From assembly GCA_964106915.2 (NCBI GenBank), contig OZ066920.1: a stretch of 64,000 bases of DNA; one strand, written 5' to 3'. A program made the position numbers and the translations under genes. How positions within the stretch are numbered: the stretch's first letter is position 1; each line of letters starts with the position of its first letter. The notes under the pieces were generated by a model. It was not told the origin of the DNA. It made no database searches and saw only the letters and a list, made by a program, of their open reading frames with translations. The stretch comes from Podarcis gaigeae. Its lineage: Eukaryota. Positions 13,761 to 24,990 of the stretch are shown in pieces.

Positions 13761-15799
13761 TACTGTATGTCAGTTGCTGTATTCATTTTGGGCCTGGCTC
13801 TTTTTATATTTCATATTCTTGTAGCTTTTAATTTTTTTCCATATTTGTTGTTTGCTAGCATGCATGTCAAAATTCATAAAAAGATGGCATGTGGGTGTGC
13901 ATATTATATATTAAAGTAACAAAACTAAACGTTGCTTCCTAAGAAGGGCAGTATAAAATCCTGTTATGTTGAGGTCCATCCAAAAACTGGATTATATTGA
14001 CCCAGTTAGCACATAACACTAAGCCAGATGCTGACACTGGGCCTGCCTGAAACCTTAAGAATCCTTGAGCTTTGCATTTTACAGTGTTAAAACTTTTGGA
14101 AGCATCTGGAGTCAGCTGCTGATCAAGACCAGAAACTAGGTTGGACAGGTCATTGGTATGGTTTACCCTCGTACAGCCAAATCAAAACAGCTATAAAACA
14201 GTTTGGGTAGATTTTCCCATTCCTAGTTCAGGTCAGAACGATGAGTTGATGGTTTTGCCCCTTGACTGAAGGCAAATGGAAAACTACACTTCAGGTAAGC
14301 ACAACTGTACTTTCTATTTGTATCAGCTCTTGGAGTTGAGAACTTGGTGTCTTGAAGGTCAAATAATCATCATAGAACTAGTGCCTTTCATAGGCTGTTT
14401 TTATTACCAGGGACCATGCTAGTGCAGTATTCAGCTGGGGAAATGATAAGGTATAGCTAATTGGTACATATGACAAGGTTGATACTGGGTGCTAAAAAGT
14501 AATTTAGTACATGTGGGAGAGTTTGACAGCTGCCCTTGTTATGGATTTGTCCCTGGACCCAGTCTAGCTCAATACATAAGCCGTGGCTTCAACATATTTA
14601 AGAGACATGTCTGACCAGGATTGTTGTAGACATAGACAGAACCATCAAAGTATGGTTCATCCCAGTTCTGTGTGTTGATAGAACTGGGTTTGTCCCATCC
14701 TATTTCCATGTGGATTTTAAAGGGAACATCTTTTAAAACCTGCACAGAAATATGAATGTTTTTTAAAAAAAAAAGTGGTCAAAAGGCTTCACTGTTGCCT
14801 CTGTGATTTGTCCCCATTTTAGATATCCACACACCCCCCCTTTAAAAAAGACTACAGTCCCCAGAAGTCTTCCAGCCACTCACAGCCTGGAGTGGCTAAT
14901 TCAGCAGGGCTTCTGGCTTGGCAAAAGTATACCCTTGCACCCTTGGCAAGGAACTGAATTGGTGCCCCCACTTTCTCTCCTCTGCTGAGGCACCCAGAGG
15001 AGCCTACGAACCTCACCCAGCTGGCTGTAGTAGCTGAGCAGAGGCCTGAGGAGCACTCAGACAGAAGGGCAGGCTCCTAGCCAGAGTGAAGAGGTGGGGA
15101 GGGGTGACGGGCCTAACCACCCCTGCTGGCTGTTCTGCATTTTGAACAGAGAGAGAAACACCCACCCACCACCCACCCCGAGGCAGGACTTGATGATTCC
15201 ATCAATCTCAGACAGTCTCAGAGGAAAAACAAGGCGGTCCTCAATATTTACCCTCATTAAGGCCAAAGTACAATATAAGACTCCTTTGATGGAACGTGAG
15301 GAAATGTGTGCTCTAATCACACCCACCAAGTGCCTTCATCCATCTAAGCCAGTTAACAAAGTCTGTTATTCATAGGCATTCAAGCCTAAGTGGTACATCA
15401 ACAAATCATTCTACTCTGGTGTGTTAAGTGACTTTGGATGTGTAGGTTCTGCAAATCATGCCCTAAGCTCTTGGAGTCTGAGATGTTCCCCAGGAATAAT
15501 CTTTCTTAAGGTCCATGTCTTCTGGGATGTTAATGGAATGAAACCAGTTTCTGAATCACAACTGATCTGCATCATATATTCAATCTTCTTTACATTTCCA
15601 CAGGGAAAAAATGGTTTTATTCATCATTCTGGATGATTATTTTTTTGGTGGGGGGGAGGCATTAAGAAGTTCCAACTCTCATGGTTACAGTCATTTAGAG
15701 GGTAAACATGCAGGCATAAATTGATTTAACTGGAACTTACCTTCATATTGCTGTTCAGTTTAAGTCGTGGCAATTCTTTAAACATTCCTACAGTCACAG

Positions 15800-16160
15800 A
15801 TGCTATCTGTAGTGGACTTTGGCATGTCGGCTTTCCTCAGCCCCAAGGTCTTCACCAAAATCCTGGTGGCTCACAATGAAAATTATCTCAATCTTTGCGT
15901 GTTTAGATGACATCTTGATCAGATTGCTATCTGATCAATGTGAACCAGATGCTGCAGTGCCTGCAGAGTCAAGGATTTGTAATAAACAGGAACAATAGCA
16001 TGTTCTTGCCAACCAGAAACTGGAACATCTGGGAATCATTCTGGACATGAGTTTGAATAGGATGATTCTGTCCCCTGAGAGCCAAACAAGGGCCTTGCAG
16101 CTCTCCTAAGAAATAGTTCAATAGTGGCATGTGGATCGCATGACACTAGCCTAGTTGCTA
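15800..16160 (+). mobile_element. DIRS-type retrotransposon reverse-transcriptase relic (frameshifted)
   Basis: Motif pieces in order: SAP.VFTKILV, LDDILI, LQSQGFVINR, LEHLGIILD, matching the DIRS RT layout. Boundaries approximate. Confidence 0.75.
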
Positions 16161-16358
16161 GGCATGGCAGTGTTTGCCAGGAGGTGGTGTACTGTTGTTA
16201 TTTGCATGCCTGCCATTACACAGGGTTTTCCACCCCATGAAAAGGATGTGGCAAGGTCCCAGCACTGATTTTTCACGTTACAGTACTACCCCATCATGTC
16301 AAGCTAGTTTTTCAGTGTGGACTCTCCCCCCACAATTCCAGAGAGTCAGTACCAATTC

Positions 16359-16398
16359 AGTGTGTGTACAATGAGTGTGTGTACAATGAGTGTGTGTA
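16359..16398. repeat. 15-bp tandem repeat, about 2.7 copies
   Basis: agtgtgtgtacaatg repeated. Confidence 0.85.
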
Positions 16399-16429
16399 TT
16401 TTGAATTGGGGAACCCACTTTGTGGAGGT

Positions 16430-16569
16430 CAGGTATGGGGAACCTCTGATCCTCCAGATATTGCTAAAGTACAACTCCCCCATCATCCATGGCCATTTTC
16501 CATGCTTGCTGGGGTTGATGGTAGTTGTATTACAGCCACAGGTAGAGAACCAAAGATTCCCCATACCTG
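16430..16569. mobile_element. Short palindromic hAT-like MITE (ctacaactcccatcatcc family)
   Basis: TIR caggtatggggaa / ttccccatacctg and internal tacaactccccatca...tgatggtagttgta inverted repeat. Confidence 0.8.
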
Positions 16570-17440
16570 AAGTAGGTGACGGGACTTCTGAGGAATTAAG
16601 TCTCTATTAATAGCGACTCTACACAAATAATACTTGTTGCTCTGCTAGCTAACTGGGCTCCAGCACTACTGTAAAAGTAGACTTGCTTTGGTACTGAAGA
16701 CCCAGCCCAATGGGTTGTTGCTCTAGCACAGTGGTACAGGCTGGGGCCCTCTTAAGTCCCATAACCTTGGTGGGACTCATTTGTCAATGGCTGCTAAAAT
16801 ACGTAGCCCCAGAAATGTTTACCCTGCCCCCCCCCTTTAAGAACAGAGCTGGAAACAATGGACAGGTGTGAATGCTCATGTTTGTGGATATTCATATTGT
16901 CACCAAATTATAAATAAAAAACATGTGTTCATTTTTTTATTTAAAAAATCCAAAATCTCTCTCCCCCAAAAATTGTAATGAGAGAAGAGTAGGAAGAAGA
17001 AAATGACAGTGATAACAAGAATTAAGCTGACCCTCCATTTCTTTCCAGTGGGGGTAAAAATGTGAATAGGAATAACATTGTATAGTGTGAACCATCAGAA
17101 CTCAAAAACAGACAATAAAAAGACCTTTTTATTTTTTTGTTTACCCTTCAGGATACTGTTTACCTTATCACTATAGGGGAAGCTAGCATAGCATCCCTTT
17201 TAAAAAGTGGTCTGAGTTCATTCTGTATCTCCAGGTCGTCGTCTGGCCGGTGATGAAGTGGGCATGTCAGCCTGGGGTTAGGAAAGCTGTATGGGGAGCT
17301 GTTGGACTCATTCCCCCCCCCCCCACTCACTCACTCTGCCTGTCTCTTGCTTTTTTCCTTCCCAAACCGTTCGTTCGTTCAGTCTGTCTGTCTGTCTCTC
17401 TCTTTTCCTTTTTTTCAGCTGAAATTATCTCCCCCTTCTC

Positions 17441-18151
17441 NNNNNNNNNNNNNNNNNNNNNNNNNNNNNNNNNNNNNNNNNNNNNNNNNNNNNNNNNNNN
17501 NNNNNNNNNNNNNNNNNNNNNNNNNNNNNNNNNNNNNNNNNNNNNNNNNNNNNNNNNNNNNNNNNNNNNNNNNNNNNNNNNNNNNNNNNNNNNNNNNNNN
17601 NNNNNNNNNNNNNNNNNNNNNNNNNNNNNNNNNNNNNNNNNNNNNNNNNNNNNNNNNNNNNNNNNNNNNNNNNNNNNNNNNNNNNNNNNNNNNNNNNNNN
17701 NNNNNNNNNNNNNNNNNNNNNNNNNNNNNNNNNNNNNNNNNNNNNNNNNNNNNNNNNNNNNNNNNNNNNNNNNNNNNNNNNNNNNNNNNNNNNNNNNNNN
17801 NNNNNNNNNNNNNNNNNNNNNNNNNNNNNNNNNNNNNNNNNNNNNNNNNNNNNNNNNNNNNNNNNNNNNNNNNNNNNNNNNNNNNNNNNNNNNNNNNNNN
17901 NNNNNNNNNNNNNNNNNNNNNNNNNNNNNNNNCCTCTATAACTGCAAATCAGANNNNNNNNNNNNNNNNNNNNNNNNNNNNNNNNNNNNNNNNNNNNNNN
18001 NNNNNNNNNNNNNNNNNNNNNNNNNNNNNNNNNNNNNNNNNNNNNNNNNNNNNNNNNNNNNNNNNNNNNNNNNNNNNNNNNNNNNNNNNNNNNNNNNNNN
18101 NNNNNNNNNNNNNNNNNNNNNNNNNNNNNNNNNNNNNNNNNNNNNNNNNNN
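17441..18151. other. Two N-blocks (17441-17932, 492 nt; 17954-18151, 198 nt) separated by a 21-nt island
   Basis: Runs of N. Confidence 0.99.
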
Positions 18152-19051
18152 AGCGCTGGATATTAAATCTACGGCATGCAGACTTACTTTGGGGCCCTTA
18201 GAGAAAAGGCTAATTATAGAGAGAGGAATTGTGTTTACTGGTCTGTCTTGGGCAAAGATGTTGAAAGAAGTGCAACCAAGTTTTGCAGCTAAACATGAGC
18301 GTCGGTTAATAGAGATATCAAAACAGTGCTTGTAGGTTGCCTTCTGCCTAATTATAGGAAATAGGATATTCTAAGTCATCCACCCTTAAAGTTAAATGGG
18401 GAAAAAAAGATAAACCACTCACACACGAGCAAAGGCACACACAGACAAGTGTGTAGATATATAGATAATTATTAAAACAGCTGTAGTTAAATGTGAGTGC
18501 AACTCTTTTGTCACTCACATATATGTAGCAATTTCTTCTAGTTTAACTGCTCCTGTTGTTGTTGTTTTTTTTTAAAAAAGCCATTGCTTCTAGGTATAAA
18601 CCCACTACCAGTATTTAAATAAAAATGGGTCATATGAAGGAAAGCGATAGTAATTCTGGCTCCTACAGCATACAGTAGAGAGATGTTTATGTAACAAGTT
18701 CTGACAAGAGGGACATTAACCTTTCATAATGCAAATCAAAGGTAGGGAGACAAATCCCTGGAGCCTTTGGTAAAGCCTGTGCTTTACAAGGTGATGGTTC
18801 ACATTTTTTAAAGCTGCTTTTTTATATAATAATAAACATAGAAATTAATTTAAGGCAGGATTCCCCTAACCAGGCCTGTCAGCAGAGGTCATGCAGAAAG
18901 GACTTCTGCTTGCACCATGGGACTTGCCCCTCCCTTTACTTCCTCCACACCTTCCCCCCCCCCTCAAAAAAATAATAATTTTTGCCTTGAGTGGTCAAGA
19001 GAATCCCCAGAAGAGCACATGGAGGAAGCAGAGGGGTATATTCCTCCCTTA

Positions 19052-19121
19052 TGTAATGAAGTAGGCTATTGCCTACAAAAGCTCCAGCTATGATAAACCA
19101 GTTAGTCTCTGAGGTGCCACA
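19052..19121 (+). mobile_element. Penelope-like 3' tail fragment with decayed hammerhead
   Basis: tgaagtaggctattgcctacaaaagctc...gttagtctctgaggtgccaca resembles the PLE tail; the taggc/gccta stem is retained but the core boxes are mutated. Confidence 0.65.
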
Positions 19122-20716
19122 TTGCCAGTTAAAACCACATTACGATTTCTCCATATGAGTAAATCAAATGAAAATAAACAAAACTACATTTTATCAGTCA
19201 GTCCATTCAATTAAAAAAATGGCTCCCTTTGCCTCCTTCATCATATTAGCAACATTCACATGAACCTCTTCATAAATGAGTAACTAGTACTGATTCTTAT
19301 CTCATGCTCCTTCTAGAATTATTAATTCCCTTCTATGCTGTTTTGCATGTGGATAATTCCTTGCAGGTGCGGTTAGTTTTAGGTTTCTCAGCTCCCCCCC
19401 CCCCAATACAATTCTGGGATTGCTCTCAACACATGTAGCTTCTTGTAAACTGTTGTTGTGTGAATGTGCTGGCCATAACACCTAGCTATCACTTTCATTT
19501 AGAACTGATTTAAGTAGCCTTTCTGAAGGATTTTTGCTGACTGAACTTTAAAATGAGGAAACATTATAGTAAGCAACACCTAGTTTGGACTATATTCAGT
19601 ATAGGGGCCTGTATAAGTTCTGCTTATAAGTTCTGCAGGATTTACAGAGAATACGTAAAATTAAAAAATTCCAACAAGCTTTGTATGAGTATATATGAAG
19701 ATTTTGCCACTGGGTGGCTGATTGTACCAAAATGTTATCAGCCCTTGTATTTTGCAGCTCCAGGCTGAAGCAAAGGCAGGCATGGGAAGTTAATGGCCCA
19801 AGTATAGCCATTCTGTTGATATCCACATGTCTGCAAGGATGGTGTCACACCTCCTATTTTGATGAGACAAAAATTACCTCAAAACACTTTCTGCCACAAT
19901 GGAGTGAGAGATGCAGGCAGAAATTAATGACTGTCACTAACTTAGGCACATGAATTTCAATGGGTCTACTCTGAGTAAAAGTTATGCAACCCAGTATTTT
20001 TATTCTGTTTTCAGAACCCAACCAAACATAAACTTGTGTTTTAAATACTAGGAAATTTAAAACATCCCTTGTCTCTCCGATGAAGCCCAAGGGAGTTAAA
20101 AAAAATGTGTTATATAACACATTTATGTCATTCCTCTTAAAGCAATGTTTGCTTCACAACAATTCCATTTCGGTTGGTTGAGTTGAGAGAAAGTGGATTT
20201 GCTAAAAGCCACCCAATGAGTTTTCATGGCTTGACTACATATTTGAACCTGGGATTCCTGTGTCCAAGTCCTCTACACTGACTTGAAAACCATGAACCAT
20301 ACTCTCTCAGCATCCAGCAAACAAGAGGAGGATCTCCACAGACATCATTTCTGAACTAATCCTTATTAGTTTCAGTGAAACATGATCCCAAATTAGTGTG
20401 CTCGGGATCACAACCCAACTTTTTGCTGGATCAGTAGGTAGTTTTTGAAAATATACGTCTTTTAAAATATAGGTAAGGATCTAGTTCACAATATGTGATT
20501 AAAGAACATCTTGAAGATAGGGAAATAGAACAAAACAGGAATACTCAACACTGCCAGTCCTTGTGTAACATCTGTTTTTGAACAACAAGGGATTATATAA
20601 GCGAAATACCAATATCAGTAAGTAACCTTGGGAAGGATTCTTCAGTCATCCTCAGCATTCTCTTTGCTGATAGTATCCTTATTTCAGGGTTGCACAATAT
20701 GGCACACCCTCTAGAT

Positions 20717-20959
20717 CAAGGGTAAGCACACTTTTCCAGCAGGTCAACTGTCCCTCAGACCTTGTGGGGGGCCGGACTATATTTTGAAAAAAATAATGAA
20801 CAAATTCCTATGCCCCACAACTAACCCAGAGATGCATTTTAAATAAAAGGACACATTTTACTCATGTAAAAACACGCTGATTCCCGGACTGTCTGTGGGC
20901 TGGATTTAGAAGGCGATTGGGCTGAATCCGGCCTCCAGGCCTTAGTTTACCTACCCATG
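20717..20959 (-). mobile_element. hAT-Charlie (OC1-like) MITE with perfect 8-bp TSD
   Basis: TSD ctctagat at 20709-20716 and 20960-20967 (NTCTAGAN Charlie target). Subterminal ctgtccctcagacc...ggccggactata. Confidence 0.88.
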
Positions 20960-21564
20960 CTCTAGATGTTGCTGGACTCCACTTCGCATCTGCCCCATTT
21001 CATATGGCCAATGATCAGCCAATGTTTTGACTTCTATTATTCCATCTCACTAGAAGTAAAAGTATTTAAAGCCCTGGGGGCAGAGATTTTTAAAATTTCT
21101 TTGGCGATCACTTGTAGCCGAGTAAGATTATCTTCCATAAACACAGTATTAACAGTGAGTCCATAATTGACTGTGGAGGCCAATTGTGGATCCATGCATC
21201 CTTCCACAGTGAAGACATAGGTTTCTGGGTGGGATCATGGCAAGGGTTTGTTTGCCCAGTGTGCCTTCCTTTTAGCATGTTTCTCCCTTTCATCCTGAGT
21301 TTGAGCATCTTCAAAGCCCATGACACCTTTGGTAAAGGCTGTTCTCCAATTGCAGCACTCGCAGTGTTTCCCAGTTGTGACTTTTTAAAAAAAGATTTGC
21401 CTTGAGAGATCTTTAAACCTCTTTTGTTGACCACCAGCATCACACTTTCCATTTTTAAGTTTGGAATAGAGCAGTTTATTTAATTTCCTTAAGTACTTAA
21501 ATCTGAACATTTTGTTATTTTTAGGTGCATCCTCAACAACACTCCACGGAAAATAATTGTCACT

Positions 21565-21650
21565 AAGAATATAAAAAAGAGACCTACTGGTTCAGGCCAG
21601 TGGTCCTTCTTTCACACAGGAGCAACCAGGTGCCTTTGGGAAGCCAGGCA
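21565..21650 (-). mobile_element. CR1-type 3' tail fragment
   Basis: taagaatataaaaaagagacctactggttcaggccagtggtcc resembles the reverse complement of a CR1/SINE 3' tail. Confidence 0.55.
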
Positions 21651-21812
21651 CACACACACAACATGAAAGCAACATGAAACCATTTAAACAAGTGGCCATG
21701 CCCTTATCCTGTGGCAGTGAATTCCACCAGTTACTAATGCATGGCAGTATCCAACAAATACTAGCACAAAGGACCTTTGACTGTGTAATGGAAGTTCCTC
21801 TCCCTTTCTGCC

Positions 21813-21940
21813 CAGTGGTGGAGCTTCATCTCTGGCACCGGGGGGGGGGGTGGAGAGCAGGCGGGGTGGGGCTGGTGTGCGTCCCGGGGCTGTGGCACAG
21901 TGACTGTGGGGGCAGGGCGACCAGCACTCCTCCACCAGTG
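21813..21940. mobile_element. GC-rich hAT-like MITE
   Basis: Imperfect TIR cagtggtggag / ctccaccagtg; imperfect 8-bp TSD tttctgcc / tctctgtc. Confidence 0.65.
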
Positions 21941-23307
21941 TCTCTGTCCTGCATGCACCCCCTAAATCCATTCTGGGGGTTCCTCCAGCCCTCTGTAACA
22001 GATTTGTGGAGGATGCAGGAGCTGAAATCCTTGCACTAGTGGAAACACTTTCATGGGTACTTTCAGAACAGTACCATAAGGATAGTAAAAAACAAAACAA
22101 ATTGGGTGCCCCCTTCCCCCCAAAAAAATTCCATTACATGCTTACAAGCAAATTAGGAATTGCATCAGTAGAACCACAGGCTGTTATTTCTTCCAAATTA
22201 ATTGAAGAATTACTATATATTCTGAAGCTGTGAGCATTTATGCATATGCCCTTTTTTATTCTCAGCCTTATACCATGTTGCTTGGGTTGTCCACAATACT
22301 GCCTGCTCTTCACCTTTTTCTTGGTGTTTTTTGCTTCCATGAGGCCCTTTTATTCTCAGTGCGTGCTCCCTGAAGTCATCTACACACACAAAGCTGATCA
22401 AGTAAGACAATATTAAGCCCCTGTCCTTTTCTCCCTTCTTCTTTTGACAAAACAAAAAACAAAACAGCACTAACTTGTCAAGAGGTTCAAGGTGAAGCCT
22501 GCATGTGTTCATACCTGTCCAATTGTCCATGTAGTTTTGAATTTGCATGTATCTATTTTACCTGCACTGCACTGGTGTCACATGGTGTTTAAATAAAAAA
22601 ATAAATCCAAGAACATGCAGTAGCTTGCATTTTACTGCCAGAGTGAAACTTCACCATCCTACCAAGGGAGCTTTTTGTAATGTTTGTAATGTGCTGCTTT
22701 CGTGCTTTAGCAAAGAAAAATGTCACTGCTGGGCTTTATTTTTAACAGACTTTTTAAACATCAATTAATGCAAGCAAATGTAGTGGAGGGTTTCTGGCTT
22801 GTTATTTATATGGGTGAGAGAGAGAGAGAGAAAGGGAAGAGAGCAAGCAGCTAGGGAGAGGCAGGTTGTTTTATTTTTAACTCTGAACAATTGGAGAACA
22901 GAGAGGGAGACTTTGAAAGGCACAAATGGCAGTCAGGTGCCAAATGTCCCTGAAAGGCAAGGGGGATTTAGGCCTTTGACTTTACTCCATGCCTCCAAAT
23001 ATGTCATGTAGACTGTGTGTTTCCTTTTTTATTATTATTTTCTGGAGCACATTTTGAGGTATAGAAGGTATCGGCAAAGCTGGCAGATTTAAATGTCGCT
23101 GAAGGGACCACACAGTTCGAACAGCTAATGGAAATAAACATAGGGGCCAAGAATAAGGGGTTGTTTTTCTTAATGGCATTTACCCCTAGAAAAAGCGGAA
23201 AAAACAGCCAAGTATATTCAGCTCAGATCCCACTTAAGAAATATAAGCACAAGTGCATATAGGCTATTTCATGCATTCCTATCTCAGGCTTTATTGTAAA
23301 AGGGATA

Positions 23308-23779
23308 TCGTATTGGCCCAAATATAAGCCACACCCGCAAATACACTGCACCTTTAAAATTCAAGGGGAGGGGAGAGACAAGACCCGACTACAGGTACCA
23401 TCCCCCCATGCTCCTGGGCTGCTTCCTGGGGGAAGCCACACTGCTTTGCTGGCAGCCTTCTCCCTTCTTTCCAGTGGCTTGACGGGAGGCTTGGGAGCAG
23501 CAGGTGGAGTGTGTGCTGTTGTCCCACGCTCTCGGGCCACTCTCTTGGGGGGGAGCCATGCCGCTTTGCCGGTAGCCTTCCCCCCAATAGCTTGGGGGAG
23601 GCTTGGGAGCGGTGGCGGCCTGGGTACCATTGCCCCATGCTCCTGGGGTACTTCCTGGCGGCGGGGAGCCACGCCACTTTGCCGATGGTGTAAGGTCATG
23701 AATATAAGCTGCGCTTTAACGTTTCATGGTCGGAATTTGGGGGGAAAAGGAAGTGTGGCTTATATTCAGGCCAATACAG
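23308..23779. mobile_element. Tc1/mariner (Tc2/pogo-like) non-autonomous element with GC-rich, internally duplicated core
   Basis: About 27-bp TIRs (tcgtattggcccaaatataagccacac / gtgtggcttatattcaggccaatacag) with TA on both flanks. Confidence 0.88.
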
Positions 23780-24719
23780 TAGTGTCCCCTTTTTTCTTTT
23801 ACATTTGGTACTTCCATTCCAGCTTTGGGTTAAATTCAGTGTACTATGGTCTGGTTTACTCCTTGAGACTTGAACCTTGGACTAAGTCCATTTCCTGCTC
23901 CTTTCATTCATTGCAGATAGCAGGTAACAAGCACACCTGGAGATGTGTGTTTCTCTTACCCTGCAGGACACAACTTGATTTCTGGCTAGTTCTCTCTTGG
24001 AGTATCCGTAAGATTCCACATTAAAATGAATATGGACTCTCCCTACTTCACTCAGTAATGCCCACCTACGTTAAAGGGAATGCTGTTATTGAGCAAACAC
24101 GTCTTGGAGCAATGCGGTAGAATTAACCCTAGATACATAGAAATAACCCGTTTTTAGGAGCGTACATAACAACCTTTACTGACGGCAACAGACTTAGTAG
24201 GCAGTGAAGCAAGTAACACCCTCTTGCTGCCTTCACCTCTTTTTTTGACTTCTGAAATAACCTTGCTTTTTCAAAATATGACTGGGCTAATATTCCTCTG
24301 TGTTCTCTCCATTCCTCATGGCATTGCCCAGTAGTAAATCCCTGTGCACATCCCTTTAAAGTTTTTAAAGTCAAGTTGCTTCTTGTGTAGAGGAAAAGAG
24401 GCGGCAGAGAAATGAATTCTGCCTTTACATCAGCGTACTTATTTTCCCTCTCTGTTTGTAAAAAGACTGACAAGTAAGCATAACATGACTAGTGCTGTCA
24501 GGAAGTACATAAACTTGCTAGCTTCAAGATTTCTGATGGAGACACTTAGGCAGTTTTAAAGCAATGTCTGGGATTCAGAACTGACAGCCCACAGGCTTCC
24601 AGAGACCCAAATCTAGAGAAGTTACATGCACAGAGTTTTAAAAGCATTCTCAAGAACCTTTCTTTGCACAACATAAATTTCTTAATTTTGAAATCTAGAT
24701 TAATAATAATAATAATTAG

Positions 24720-24880
24720 GGGGCATAGCGGAGTGGTAAATTGGATGGTTTGGCATGCAGAGTAGCCCATATTTAATCTGCATCATCTCCAGTTAAATGG
24801 ACCAGGGTCAGACCTGGAGAGCTGCTTCCAACTGCTGTAGTCAGCACTGGACTAGACAGACCAATGATCTGACAGCTTTG
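24720..24880 (+). mobile_element. Degenerate tRNA-derived SINE (Squam3-like)
   Basis: Head gggcatagcggagtggta...gcatgcag; body agacctggagagctgcttcca...actggactagacagaccaatgatctgac. Confidence 0.6.
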
Positions 24881-24914
24881 TATGTACTACATCAGTACAT
24901 ACTTGTGAGACAAG

Positions 24915-24990
24915 TGTCACTACTATTCCCATTTTACAGATGAGAACTGAGACTGATAGAGTGTGATTTGCTCAACTCACCTACTGATTT
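24915..24990 (-). mobile_element. MIR core fragment
   Basis: attcccattttacagatgagaactgag. Confidence 0.65.

Noticed and set aside
17250-18335. 361-aa and 299-aa ORFs, and other X-rich ORFs
   Set aside because: Artefacts of translating N-runs.
23446-24024. 192-aa ORF
   Set aside because: Runs through a GC-rich MITE and out across its TIR; spurious.
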